From a virus (lineage: Duplodnaviria; Caudoviricetes), in the IMG/VR virus record IMGVR_UViG_2595698914_000001, positions 103,293 to 167,292 of that record: DNA of 64,000 nucleotides; one strand, written 5' to 3'. The notes beneath the pieces were generated by a model. The model had not been told where the DNA came from and did no database searches. It saw only the letters and a list, made by a program, of their open reading frames with translations. The position numbers and the translations under genes were made by a program. Each line of letters opens with the position of its first letter. The stretch's first letter is position 1. Positions 10,828-21,121 of the stretch are shown here, one piece after another.

Positions 10828-12978
10828 ATGGCGATATTATTCGAGGCCGATTGGGACAAATACCCAACGGCTATAATTCATAATAGTACAAAGAATAAGA
10901 GCTGGCGTAGAATGGCATTCATGTACCGTGATGGATTTGGTATTAAGAACTACAAATGGCCACTAGCTTTAATTAATCCAACATTAGAACATGTAGACCC
11001 ACATAGTAAAGATTTAACAGATAGACAGAAGTTAGATATTATTCACGAATGTTCTATCAACCCATGGTACTTCTATAGAGAAGTATTATTGATACCAGCT
11101 AAAATCGGTATACAGCATAATAAATTCAGAGTAGACCGTGGAACACTAGCCACTTTATGGTGTTATCATAATCATATAGATAGTACTAACATCCAATTAC
11201 GTCAAACTGGTAAGACGATTAAGATTGAAGGCGTCGCTATATGGTTAATAACTGTTGGTACATTTAACACTACAGTTCTATACGGAACTATTGACCGTAG
11301 TAAACAAACCGACTGTGTTAGAAGTATAAAAGAAAAACTATCTATATTACCAGATTACATCTACAGTCCGGTTAAAGGTAAAGACTACGATAATCAGGTA
11401 GGTGTATCTAATGTACGTCGTAAGAACTATATCGAATTTGCTATTGGACAAAAAGATAAACGTGTAGCAACTAGTGCTGGTCGTGGTTACTCTCTTGCAA
11501 ATAAAATCTGGGATGAGGTTGCAGAGATGATTAACGCACATCTATCTATAGGTGCTGCAAGTAACAGTAGTAATGCTGTAATAGACCAAGCTCGTGAACT
11601 AGATGAACCTTATGGAAGTATCTTTGCATGTACCGCAGGTTCTTTAGATAGGGTTGAGGGTCAATTCTATCATGGACTAGCCAATAGTGGTATGTCGTGG
11701 AATGAGATTCTATTAGACTGTATTAATGAAGAAGACCTACGTGAGACAGTAGGTGCTAACTCTAAAGACAGACTAGCTCCTCTAGTAGATATTACAATGT
11801 CGTGGCGTCAGTTAGGTATAAAAGAAGAACGATTCAGAGAAATAATAGCACTCTCTAAACGTGAAGCTAACGGTGACATGGATAAGGTTAAACGTGAATG
11901 TTATTCTATATGGTCACGTGGTTCTGTATCTAACCCGTTGGATAAGAAACAAATTGAAACTATCTTTAATAGTGAATGTGAACCGGATAGACATGAACGT
12001 ACAAAAGAAAAAGTTATCGTTCGTTGGTATCGTAGTGCAGAAGTTATATCTAGATTAGCAGATGATGGTAAGATTGGTATAGGTGTCGATACTTCTCAAG
12101 GGGTTAATAAAGATGCTTGTAGTGTAACTATTAGTAACTTAGCTAACTTAGAAGTTATAGGTCGTGCTGATATTAGTAAGATTAACTTACGTACATACGC
12201 TGACTTCATTAGTAAACTATTAATTTCTATACCTAATTCATTATTAGTAATTGAGAATAAGGCAAGTGGTCAAGCTATAATAGACGCTTGTATACTCGCA
12301 CTACATGCTATTGGTGAAGACCCATTTGAACGTATATATAATAATATATATCAAGACCCAGAACGATACAGTAAAGCATACGAGACTATACAGAATACTC
12401 CTATGCGTAAACGTTCGGTTGAGTTCTATAATGAGTATAAAGGTTTATTTGGATTTTCTACTAATGCTCAATTACGTCAACGTCTATATGATGAAGTATT
12501 AACTGAGTCAGTTAAGTACGCAGCAAGTGTAATTAGGGATAGAACTTTATCTGGTCAGTTAAGGGTATTGGAAGAGAAGAACGGTAGAGTCGACCATCCA
12601 TCTGGCGGACACGATGATGCTGTTATATCTTGGCTACTTATAAACTGGTTCTGTTTATACGGTCGTAACCACAAGAAGTATTCTATCTCAGGACAGTATA
12701 TTTTAAGTGAAGCTGTATCTACTGAAGATGGTAACTATGATGAAGCCGAATATCAACGTCAACAAGAAATCAATTACCTAACAACAATTATCCCTACTCT
12801 TGAAGAAGAGTATCGTCTTAATTACGATACCATGTACGGTATTAGTATAAAAGACAAGATAGTTAAGGTGTATGATAGATTAGAGATGTTAGGCTCTACT
12901 GCTAAGAACATTGACCAATTACTGAATGACCTTAAAGAAGAAGGTAAACGTAATAAGAAGATGGGTAAGCGTAGGTAG
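10828..12978 (+). CDS. terL: Terminase large subunit
   Basis: NPWYFYRE, Walker A RQTGKT, Walker B KIWDE, nuclease IGVDTS and GHDD motifs. Confidence 0.92.
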   Translation: MAILFEADWDKYPTAIIHNSTKNKSWRRMAFMYRDGFGIKNYKWPLALINPTLEHVDPHSKDLTDRQKLDIIHECSINPWYFYREVLLIPAKIGIQHNKFRVDRGTLATLWCYHNHIDSTNIQLRQTGKTIKIEGVAIWLITVGTFNTTVLYGTIDRSKQTDCVRSIKEKLSILPDYIYSPVKGKDYDNQVGVSNVRRKNYIEFAIGQKDKRVATSAGRGYSLANKIWDEVAEMINAHLSIGAASNSSNAVIDQARELDEPYGSIFACTAGSLDRVEGQFYHGLANSGMSWNEILLDCINEEDLRETVGANSKDRLAPLVDITMSWRQLGIKEERFREIIALSKREANGDMDKVKRECYSIWSRGSVSNPLDKKQIETIFNSECEPDRHERTKEKVIVRWYRSAEVISRLADDGKIGIGVDTSQGVNKDACSVTISNLANLEVIGRADISKINLRTYADFISKLLISIPNSLLVIENKASGQAIIDACILALHAIGEDPFERIYNNIYQDPERYSKAYETIQNTPMRKRSVEFYNEYKGLFGFSTNAQLRQRLYDEVLTESVKYAASVIRDRTLSGQLRVLEEKNGRVDHPSGGHDDAVISWLLINWFCLYGRNHKKYSISGQYILSEAVSTEDGNYDEAEYQRQQEINYLTTIIPTLEEEYRLNYDTMYGISIKDKIVKVYDRLEMLGSTAKNIDQLLNDLKEEGKRNKKMGKRR

Positions 12979-13010
12979 GCTTATAAAGATTCGTGAAGGA
13001 ATAAACTACA

Positions 13011-13475
13011 ATGATAGTTTTCAAAGGTAAAGAAGTATCAGCGTGGACTTTAGCTAAACGGTATAATATTAGCGCCACAACGATTATGCGTAGATGGAAT
13101 GAAGGTTTAAGGGATGAGAAGTTAATCAAGAAGCCTAAGAAGCCAGTTAAGGTTAAGTATAAGAATAAGTTTTATACTTTACGTCAGTTAGCATCAGTGA
13201 CCAGTATACCCTACGGTACTCTTAAAGGTAGACATATGTCTGGTTTACGTGGGGATAAGTTATGTAATGCTACTCATGCTAGAACTGGTGCTATTCATAA
13301 TGGTCCTAAGTTAACTCCCGATAAAGTAATGGATATCTATTCCATGGCTCATAAAGAAATGTATTCTCAAGATGTAATTGCGGATATATTTAAAATCGAC
13401 CAATCGACTGTTAGTGATATTAAGTTAGGTAGACGTTGGTCTTCTGTAACTAAACATACTAGAAATACACAGTAG
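13011..13475 (+). CDS. Basic HTH-repeat DNA-binding protein resembling HNH-endonuclease C-terminal modules
   Basis: Two repeats of (F/Y)KxK...LA....I...T...R...GLR followed by KLT...IADIFKIDQSTVSDIKLGRRW; no HNH nuclease motif seen. Confidence 0.65.
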   Translation: MIVFKGKEVSAWTLAKRYNISATTIMRRWNEGLRDEKLIKKPKKPVKVKYKNKFYTLRQLASVTSIPYGTLKGRHMSGLRGDKLCNATHARTGAIHNGPKLTPDKVMDIYSMAHKEMYSQDVIADIFKIDQSTVSDIKLGRRWSSVTKHTRNTQ

Positions 13476-13578
13476 ATAGTATATATGTTAGATGGATACT
13501 CCTTGCTATTGTTAATGCCATACATCTAACAAATTTCCAATACATCATGCTGGATGGATTGGTTTGAGGTGCGATTTT

Positions 13579-13608
13579 AGGAGGAGGGAAACCTCCTCCT
13601 CTTTTTTT
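13579..13608 (+). terminator. Intrinsic terminator
   Basis: AGGAGGAGG-gaaa-CCTCCTCCT followed by a T-run. Confidence 0.85.
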
Positions 13609-13666
13609 GTTCGAAATTAATATGTTATCGCATATCACCTAATTACCACAGAGAGGGTATTCATCA

Positions 13667-15265
13667 ATGGATATTACCAAGTCCCCATTTAATATAAGTC
13701 TGTTAAACAATAGCAGACACGTAATACGTAACCTATCACCTATAACCTCTACAGATATCTATGAGGGAACTAGTAAGAAGTTAAATGATGATGGTTTGTT
13801 TAGTACCGTTATCTTCGGTAGACCAGCCGAAGAACGTCGTCACAACACTTTTAGCTATGTAGACTTACGTACAGAAATAATGCACCCTATCCTTTATAAT
13901 AACATAGAGAAGATAGCTAGTTCATACGCTAAGATTTGTACTGGTACCATGTACGCTAAGTGGGATGATAAGAAAAAGATATTTATAGAATCAGATGCTA
14001 TTGACGGTGATACTGGTTTTAGTTTCTTTATGAAGCACTTTAAAGATATTAAGTTTGAACGTAATGATAGTGAACTACGTACGCTTCGTATAGATGTACT
14101 AGATAAGTTCCGTGAAACAGGTGTTTATGATTTCGTATTAGTATCTCCTGCGGGTATACGCGACATCGAAGAAGATGCTAAGGGTTCATTATCTCAAGAT
14201 GAGATAAACGAATATTACCGTAACTTAGTTAGTTTATCTAAGAACATAGATACCACCTTTAAAGATAATAAGTTTAATGATGGTACTAAGTTATTAATGC
14301 AGCGTAACTTTAACTGTATATATAATCTACTGTTTAGTTATCTAGATGGTAAACGTGGTATAACCCAGGATAAGTTCTCTAAGCGTAAAATAGAAAACGG
14401 TACACGTAGCGTATTATCTCCTATTGATTTAAGCGTAGAGGATATGAACGGTCCTCAGTCTATTACAATGCTTAATACAGTAGTTGGTTTATGGCAAACG
14501 TGTAAGGGTTGTTTACCTATAACACAGTACTCATTTAAACATCCTCTAATTGATAATACTTTCTTCGGTGATAATACCGTATTAGTTATTAATAAGAAGA
14601 CACTTAAATTAGAACGTAAGCCAGTACCAGTTAAGTTTAAAGAACAGTTTACAACGGAAGAAGGCGTTAATACATTACTTAACAAATTCGAGTCTATTGA
14701 ACTTAGGAATAAACCACTACTTATTTCAGGTGGTTATATGGCTATGGTTTATCAAGATGATGTTGGCTTTAAGATAATTAAAGATATAGAAACTGTGCCT
14801 GAGAGTAAGTTAGATAAGTTACATCCAATGACTTACGGTGAATTACTTTACTACTTAGCTAAACCTAACCTTAAGAACAAACCAATCTGGACAACACGTT
14901 TCCCTTATACAGGTGTAGATAGTACTTCTCCAGGTATCCCTTATATTAAGACAACTACTAAGGGTCTATCATTAAAAGAATACGATGATAATTGGGAACT
15001 TATAGATAACGACACTTATAATGAGTGGCCTATCCCTAAGTTAGGTTGGGTAGAGACTCTTATACCACACAGCTCACGCTTAGCTGCTAAAGGTGGAGAC
15101 CATGATGGTGACACGGGTTCTGGAGATTTCACTTATAGCGATGAATCAGTTAAAGAAGTACACGATTATCTTAACAACCTAGATACATGGTTTGTAGATG
15201 GTAAGGTCAGATTCTTCGGTAGTACTGAAACGTTAGCGTGGGTCTTTAAGTCTATGAGTATGTAA
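13667..15265 (+). CDS. Multisubunit RNA polymerase beta'-like catalytic subunit, probably virion RNAP (phiKZ gp180-like)
   Basis: GLFSTVIFG, PAGIRD, KRKIENGTRSV, TRFP and catalytic GGDHDGD (DxDGD) motifs. Confidence 0.85.
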   Translation: MDITKSPFNISLLNNSRHVIRNLSPITSTDIYEGTSKKLNDDGLFSTVIFGRPAEERRHNTFSYVDLRTEIMHPILYNNIEKIASSYAKICTGTMYAKWDDKKKIFIESDAIDGDTGFSFFMKHFKDIKFERNDSELRTLRIDVLDKFRETGVYDFVLVSPAGIRDIEEDAKGSLSQDEINEYYRNLVSLSKNIDTTFKDNKFNDGTKLLMQRNFNCIYNLLFSYLDGKRGITQDKFSKRKIENGTRSVLSPIDLSVEDMNGPQSITMLNTVVGLWQTCKGCLPITQYSFKHPLIDNTFFGDNTVLVINKKTLKLERKPVPVKFKEQFTTEEGVNTLLNKFESIELRNKPLLISGGYMAMVYQDDVGFKIIKDIETVPESKLDKLHPMTYGELLYYLAKPNLKNKPIWTTRFPYTGVDSTSPGIPYIKTTTKGLSLKEYDDNWELIDNDTYNEWPIPKLGWVETLIPHSSRLAAKGGDHDGDTGSGDFTYSDESVKEVHDYLNNLDTWFVDGKVRFFGSTETLAWVFKSMSM

Positions 15266-15290
15266 TTATAGACTAAGGAGTAATTTAATT

Positions 15291-15758
15291 ATGGCTAATA
15301 ATGAATTTGTAAGTGGTACGTTTAATGTTAGATTGAGTAAAGGTAAGTTCTTATTCACCTACAGATGTAATACGGTGCTATTTAGTAATAGAGACGTTGA
15401 GAGAGATGTAGAGTTATTCGTAGATAAGTTAACTCAATGTTTAAGGTCTCTTAAACCTAAGGTATCCGAATCTACATCTAGAACTGTAGTATCTTGTCGA
15501 TTAAGTAACAATGTAATGCTGGAAATAGTGGTGTGTACTTTAACTAATACTATCTTAAGTATGGGCCTGTCTGACCTAGACCTAAAGACTAATGTTAGTA
15601 TAGTATTCTTAGATAGAGTTGTTGAAATTATAGACCTATCTGATGGATACGAACATTCCACTAATAACCTTAGTACAGACGAGAAAGCTATAAGTATGTT
15701 TGTTGAATCTATTTGCGAAAGTATATCTAATATTAGTATGGTTAATTCTATTGTGTGA
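15291..15758 (+). CDS. Hypothetical protein
   Basis: AAGGAG RBS, 155 aa ORF. Confidence 0.6.
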   Translation: MANNEFVSGTFNVRLSKGKFLFTYRCNTVLFSNRDVERDVELFVDKLTQCLRSLKPKVSESTSRTVVSCRLSNNVMLEIVVCTLTNTILSMGLSDLDLKTNVSIVFLDRVVEIIDLSDGYEHSTNNLSTDEKAISMFVESICESISNISMVNSIV

Positions 15759-15773
15759 TTAGAGTTTTATAAC

Positions 15774-15811
15774 CCTATATTATATAAGTGAATTAACCAA
15801 TTAAATTAAAC
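15774..15811 (+). promoter_or_regulatory. Putative early promoter (TATATTAT-N4-GTGAATT)
   Basis: Motif recurs at seven intergenic sites; resembles the phiKZ early TATATTAC motif; 38 bp identical to 50790-50827. Confidence 0.75.
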
Positions 15812-15830
15812 CAATCAGGAGAATTTCCAC

Positions 15831-15998
15831 ATGGCTAAATATACCGTAGTACGTTACATTGAAGTAGATGGCGAGCGTGTAGTTTTAAAGACTAATCCAG
15901 CAGAGCAATTGTTTATGGGTTTAGAAGTAGGTAAACCTATTAAAGCGGGTTCGCATAAAGGTCATACCACATTCGTTGTTGTAGAAGAAAACAAATAA
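15831..15998 (+). CDS. 55-aa early protein, absent from the ORF track
   Basis: MAKYTVVRYIEVDGERVVLK...VEENK; AGGAG RBS; promoter upstream and hairpin at ~16007-16034 downstream. Confidence 0.75.
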   Translation: MAKYTVVRYIEVDGERVVLKTNPAEQLFMGLEVGKPIKAGSHKGHTTFVVVEENK

Positions 15999-16064
15999 CT
16001 TAACAAATAGAGTAGTCCATATGGACTACTCTATTAAACTCAATTTAATAAGGAATTTATTTTT

Positions 16065-16307
16065 ATGTTAATTATACTAGTCGCTCCGTTCATCTGTCTG
16101 TATCGAATTCTAATGGACTTAGTTAACACAGTAGTAGAGTTTATCCTATGGGTAGTAGTATCTGCATGTACACTGCTTATAGAGAGCGTATACTATATAT
16201 TAACTGGGTTATCCTGGATAACTAATAAGTTATACTTACTAGAGATAACGCTGTTTGCTATTTTCCTATATATACTAGACTTATCGTTTAGTATGAATAT
16301 CTTATAA
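16065..16307 (+). CDS. Small hydrophobic, probably membrane protein
   Basis: AAGGA RBS; 80 aa, highly hydrophobic. Confidence 0.55.
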   Translation: MLIILVAPFICLYRILMDLVNTVVEFILWVVVSACTLLIESVYYILTGLSWITNKLYLLEITLFAIFLYILDLSFSMNIL

Positions 16308-16330
16308 TAGCTAACCTAAATATTTACACT

Positions 16331-16351
16331 CCTATATTATTAGGGTGAATT
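16331..16351 (+). promoter_or_regulatory. Putative early promoter
   Basis: CCTATATTAT-tagg-GTGAATT. Confidence 0.7.
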
Positions 16352-16420
16352 AAGTACTACTAATTTTAGATTAACAATAAAGGAGCATTATATGACTCTT
16401 ACTAAATGGAGTAATTTAAG

Positions 16421-16786
16421 ATGGATGATAGGAGGAAGTACTCAGAATACATCTTAGGTAATGCTAGGTGTATTGAATCTATTACCAAAGAAGAACTATA
16501 CTCAGTTCCAAAAAGGGCTGGTGATGTTCTGTACATCTGGCGCAAGTGCTTTATAAAAACACTCATCATACATAAGATGCAGGTAGATGATTTTAAAGTA
16601 GCGTATAATGAATTTAAGTTAGGTAATAAGACTCGTATCTTAGAACTTAGAATATTACCACCGCCGTTATTGTTATGTAAACGGTTAGCATTATTATATA
16701 TGCAAGGTCTCTTCTATACAGCATTTAAGCGCGACATAGAAGAAGAGCTTAAGCAACAAAAAAGATTTTTAACCACAATCGAATAA
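16421..16786 (+). CDS. Hypothetical basic protein
   Basis: 121 aa ORF downstream of the promoter motif. Confidence 0.55.
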   Translation: MDDRRKYSEYILGNARCIESITKEELYSVPKRAGDVLYIWRKCFIKTLIIHKMQVDDFKVAYNEFKLGNKTRILELRILPPPLLLCKRLALLYMQGLFYTAFKRDIEEELKQQKRFLTTIE

Positions 16787-16824
16787 TCGATTTATAATAC
16801 AAACCCATAAGAAGGAAATACCAA

Positions 16825-17220
16825 ATGTCTAATTTATCAAAAGCACAAGCAGCAATCACTGTAGCACTAGGTACAATTGTCGATGGTGAACTACCATTAG
16901 AAATCACTAATGATTCTGATGAATTTAAGAAAGCCGAAGAAAGTTATGTAAAAGCTACTACATTCCGCGATGGTATGGTTGGTGCTCTAACAACTACAGT
17001 TGCTAATACAGCGAAAGAACAGTTTGAAGAAAATGAAGAAATCGAAGTTGTATCCGGTTCTATGGAATTCGGTCCTACTACTTTAGGCGCTACAGTTTAC
17101 CGTAACTTCAAAGTTAAAGGTGACGAAGGCGATGAGTCAATTGCTAACCATGTAGTTGTAACATCTCAAGATGACTTCACTAATACTGTGAACGATGCGC
17201 TTGAAGGTATCTTCGAATAA
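16825..17220 (+). CDS. Acidic hypothetical protein, probably highly expressed
   Basis: AAGAAGGAAATACCAAATG leader identical to that of the putative chimallin gene; biased codons; TTCG-loop terminator at ~17241-17278. Confidence 0.7.
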   Translation: MSNLSKAQAAITVALGTIVDGELPLEITNDSDEFKKAEESYVKATTFRDGMVGALTTTVANTAKEQFEENEEIEVVSGSMEFGPTTLGATVYRNFKVKGDEGDESIANHVVVTSQDDFTNTVNDALEGIFE

Positions 17221-17309
17221 CAGAATACCTAACCCGATAAAGCGGTCTTCCTTCGGGAAGACTGTCTTTATTTTTTTATCCAGATTAAACTATACAGGAA
17301 ATACCCGTT

Positions 17310-18043
17310 ATGAGTACATTCGTAATGAAAGATTTATTAGTTCTAGTTAAGATATTGTTAAGTGGTGATTATACTATCGAAACTGATAGTGGGGAAGTTG
17401 TAGATGTGGGTAATGAATCATTCTATACAGGTAACTTCTTCGTAGGTAATGATATAGTTACGTGTAAGATACCATCTACTGTTATAGAACAGTTAGGTGG
17501 TTTTAAGTTTATAATATCCAACTCTAAAGAATATTATAATGCCTTACTAGGTAACAAAGCTAAGGAACATATAAAGGAATCTATAAATAGTTTAAGTATG
17601 ACCATGAGTACCAGATAATGTCTAAGTTAATGGATGATGCGTTAGAAGTGTTGTATAATATGGAACGTAGTAAGCTTATAGAAACCAATAATGGTTTAGA
17701 CTTTAAGCTCTCGCATTCGTTCCGCGCTAATCTCAGAGACAATACTACGGTAGTATCAACGTATATAACTTTCTTAGAGGACTTAGTATTAGTTAATGGT
17801 ATTAACAATATTTACCTCAAAGGTAAACTACGTGATGATGTGGAAATTAAATCTATTGAATCTGTAGCGAGCTGCTTTATAGACGGGGATAATGTCTTAC
17901 TTCTACGTAAGAGTAATATGGGGATTAGTATATTTGTTGAAGATAGACCAACGCAAACTATTACCTTAAAGGGTAATCAGCCATCGTTCTGTATCTATGC
18001 AGATAAACTAATTGTGAATAGTAAATTTAAAGAGGGTGAATAA
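17310..18043 (+). CDS. Two hypothetical proteins (17310-17618, 17618-18043)
   Basis: Translationally coupled ORFs (TAATG). Confidence 0.6.
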
Positions 18044-18046
18044 CTT

Positions 18047-18427
18047 ATGGCATCTATATTAGTAAAGTATGAAAATCAAGGTTTATCTCACCCACCTACC
18101 TCAGTTCCCTGTGGACTATGGAAAACTACATTTTACGCTCAGGATGATATTACTATACGTTGCGAGATGGTGCAGCTAGTCCCGCTAAAGATGATGTTTG
18201 ATATTAAACAACTTCTAGGGTTTATAGTTGCACCTATGTATATGGGTAATTCTCTTAATATAGGTTCTAGTATTGTAGTACGTAACAACCAAGTACATAT
18301 TGCATTACTGGAAGCACCGTTAGGAGCTAAGACCGCTAAGTACGATGAAGTAGTATATATCAGAAAGGGTGAACCATTAGTAGCTATACATAGCTTAGAT
18401 GAAATAGTATTTGAAGAGGTATTATAG
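18047..18427 (+). CDS. Degenerate dUTPase-fold-like protein
   Basis: FYAQDDITI...VQLVP and YIRKGEPLVAI resemble trimeric dUTPase motif 1 and motif 4 regions; RS and GxIDxDY motifs absent. Confidence 0.45.
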   Translation: MASILVKYENQGLSHPPTSVPCGLWKTTFYAQDDITIRCEMVQLVPLKMMFDIKQLLGFIVAPMYMGNSLNIGSSIVVRNNQVHIALLEAPLGAKTAKYDEVVYIRKGEPLVAIHSLDEIVFEEVL

Positions 18428-18428
18428 T

Positions 18429-19037
18429 ATGTACCTAAGTTTATTCTCTAGTTCTTCTGGTGAGATAGTATCTATCAAAGTTCTAAAAGACTTAGTTCTG
18501 TTACCAGATATAGTATATACTGTACCTATCCCATGTACACCTAAGATGAGTGATGTGTTAAGTGGGTGTGTTAAAACATTATTGATTGAAGGTATTACTA
18601 TTGGTGATAACTTCATGTTATATAATGGCACTTACCATGTTATAATCTCCGCTACTAGAACAACCGTATTACCTAAGGACAACTTTATAGTAGAGTATAA
18701 GGGTATGGGTTTAAAAGATGTATCTATAACTAATCCTACTTTAGGTACTGAGTTAACTGATAACTTCTTTGAACGTTTAAATGACCTAATAGGTTATTGG
18801 TCTAAAGACGATGAGGAAGTAAGAGAGAAGTTAGAAAGCTTCTGTTTTAGTATGTTGGTTGAAATGGATGGTGGTGGTAGTTCTTCTGGTTACGAATTAA
18901 GTGGTTATGGTTGTTTTGAATCTGCTGTAGATGGCTTAGTGGAACAGTGTCAATATACATTACCTAATACATTACTATATGGGGATGGTGCCTTACATGA
19001 ACTATGGTATCCGTTCTTAGACGATGTTAAGAAATGA
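18429..19037 (+). CDS. Hypothetical protein, possible second dUTPase-like domain plus acidic C-terminal domain
   Basis: KDLVLLPDIVYTVP...YNGTYHV pattern; ATG at 18429 more likely than the TTG at 18411. Confidence 0.4.
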   Translation: MYLSLFSSSSGEIVSIKVLKDLVLLPDIVYTVPIPCTPKMSDVLSGCVKTLLIEGITIGDNFMLYNGTYHVIISATRTTVLPKDNFIVEYKGMGLKDVSITNPTLGTELTDNFFERLNDLIGYWSKDDEEVREKLESFCFSMLVEMDGGGSSSGYELSGYGCFESAVDGLVEQCQYTLPNTLLYGDGALHELWYPFLDDVKK

Positions 19038-19086
19038 TATTAAACATAAATAGAGGAGAGCTTGCGCTCTCCCTTATTTTTTTGTT

Positions 19087-20298
19087 TTAAATGTTAATGA
19101 TTGTCCATAAACAAATATAAACCATTAAAGTAGTACGGGTTAAAGTAATAGTATTATTATGCGTCTTATTACCAAGAGCATCTTTAATTACTACCTCACC
19201 TATCTTCTTCAACTGTTCTAATGTAGGGTCTAAACTACGACTACTACTAAAAGCACCTATAAGGATATCAAACACTTCGCGTATGTTCTTAATGTCCTTT
19301 TGGTTCTCACGTATCTTACTAAGTCCAAATTCGAGAGTATGGTCAACAAACTCTTTTATATGGTCTTGTCTTCTTTGACCGTAGTTACCCGATATATGTG
19401 CTAAGGTTTTACGTATAGGCTTGTACCTACTGTTATTAGCCTTTGTAATCACTTCTAAGAGGTCATCGGATAAGAAGGTATCCGTTAGGGTTACATTAGA
19501 TTCAAGATACATCTGATAACGGATAGGGTTCTTTAAGTTATCCTTAAAAGTAGCCTCACCTTCAGCATTAGTACCTATATTATTATCTAAACTAACCTTA
19601 TCACTCTCATCCTTAACACGATGAAATACAGCATTGTATTCTTTCATCATACTATTAAGGTTAGTACTGATTCCTGTTATAGTATCAGTAATTAATTTAT
19701 CATCACGATAACTCTTAATTATAGATGCCATATCCTTACGCTTATCTGTACCATGTAACATACCGTTAGCTTGTAAGTAGATAAGTTCTTTCCAACTATC
19801 CACCTGACGTAGTATAAAACGTCTACTTAACTTATTATAAACGGTTAAAGCTAATTCACGGTCAACTCCATAACGGTAATCACGATAGAACAAACTAGTT
19901 AGGAACTTAAACTGCATAATAAATAGTAAGTTAGTAGCGGTACTTTCCTTAACCTTCTCTGAAAGGTCTCCTGTTAAAACTCGATGAAGTAGATAGAATA
20001 ATAGATGATTAGTTTCATCGCCACCTACTTGCCACTTAGGGTCAATGTAAGGTACGCTATGTAAAGCACCACGAACTTCATCACGGTCTACTTCAATTAG
20101 AATATCCCAAAGGTAATTCACATCACCTCTATCAAAGAATACAGGATACACCCCAACTAAGATACTACCGAAGAAGTTTACATGATTGTCATTTTTAACC
20201 ATGATACTTTTAACGTACTTTTCAAAATCACCCACCCACTTATTGTCAATCTTAACATGACCACAGTAGGTTTTAAACACCTCAGGTACATTCTTCAT
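19087..20298 (-). CDS. Conserved phiKZ-like hypothetical protein
   Basis: 403 aa; NHVNFFGSILVGV motif; divergent from the DNA polymerase block as in phiKZ relatives. Confidence 0.6.
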   Translation of the reverse strand: MKNVPEVFKTYCGHVKIDNKWVGDFEKYVKSIMVKNDNHVNFFGSILVGVYPVFFDRGDVNYLWDILIEVDRDEVRGALHSVPYIDPKWQVGGDETNHLLFYLLHRVLTGDLSEKVKESTATNLLFIMQFKFLTSLFYRDYRYGVDRELALTVYNKLSRRFILRQVDSWKELIYLQANGMLHGTDKRKDMASIIKSYRDDKLITDTITGISTNLNSMMKEYNAVFHRVKDESDKVSLDNNIGTNAEGEATFKDNLKNPIRYQMYLESNVTLTDTFLSDDLLEVITKANNSRYKPIRKTLAHISGNYGQRRQDHIKEFVDHTLEFGLSKIRENQKDIKNIREVFDILIGAFSSSRSLDPTLEQLKKIGEVVIKDALGNKTHNNTITLTRTTLMVYICLWTIINI

Positions 20299-20735
20299 AG
20301 GTTAACACTATCCTCTGTATCATTACCGGTAATCATTTCTCCCGGTTCAAAATTAAAGTCGTCATCCGATGTAGCCATTAGCTCTTTCTTGGATGGGTCT
20401 ACTTCTACAGCCTGACCATCAATAGGAGGCATTGTAAATTCCTTACCACCTTGAGTAACAAGCTGCATATACAACTCATTAAGTAATGCTGTCTTATCTT
20501 GGTCTGCTTGTTTATCGTTTTCTAATTTGACCTTAGTAAATACAGCTTTGTCTTGGTCAGCTAATAAACCCTTAGCCGCAGTAGCTATGGACGGGTCTAG
20601 ACTATTACTTAATAGCGCACGTAATACTTCCTGACGCATTAACTCGGTCTCTGCTAACTTACTATCTACCGACGTTTGTGATGCCATTCCCATATTGGAA
20701 ACTGCAAGGTCTAATAATGATTCACTCATACACAT
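20295..20735 (-). CDS. Hypothetical protein
   Basis: 146 aa helical/acidic ORF overlapping the next gene by ATGA. Confidence 0.6.
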   Translation of the reverse strand: MCMSESLLDLAVSNMGMASQTSVDSKLAETELMRQEVLRALLSNSLDPSIATAAKGLLADQDKAVFTKVKLENDKQADQDKTALLNELYMQLVTQGGKEFTMPPIDGQAVEVDPSKKELMATSDDDFNFEPGEMITGNDTEDSVNL

Positions 20736-20788
20736 ACTCCAAATTCGATGTTAACTCATACATATGATTGTCAAGGAGTGTTTAACTT

Positions 20789-21121
20789 ATGTTACATTGG
20801 AAAGAACCAGCTATTGCTAGCGATAAAGATACACATCATTTACACTGCGATGAACTCGCTGTAAGCTACGTTTACTGTGGTGGAGAAGAATACTCGACTA
20901 TAGATTATAATTTCAATACAGTGACTCTACGGACGCTTAACGGTACATTAATACGTACTATGGAAAAGAAATGTTTACCGCCACCTGTAGTTACAACTAA
21001 AAATAATAACCTACTTATTCATAGACACGGTGTTAAAGTTAAATCGTTCCCTCTACTAAATAAGAATATAACAATACCTGCAAATGAGTTGTTTAGATTA
21101 ATTAAGGAATCTAGAGAATGA
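20789..21121 (+). CDS. Hypothetical protein coupled to the DNA polymerase gene
   Basis: AAGGAG RBS; ATGA overlap with 21118. Confidence 0.6.
   Translation: MLHWKEPAIASDKDTHHLHCDELAVSYVYCGGEEYSTIDYNFNTVTLRTLNGTLIRTMEKKCLPPPVVTTKNNNLLIHRHGVKVKSFPLLNKNITIPANELFRLIKESRE

Noticed and set aside
16392-16457. 21-codon ORF with AGGAG RBS overlapping the start of 16421, suggesting a frameshift
   Set aside because: No slippery site is evident and 16421 has its own GGAG, so the evidence is insufficient
20295-20735. Terminase small subunit
   Set aside because: Size and helicity fit, but there is no diagnostic motif and it is not adjacent to terL
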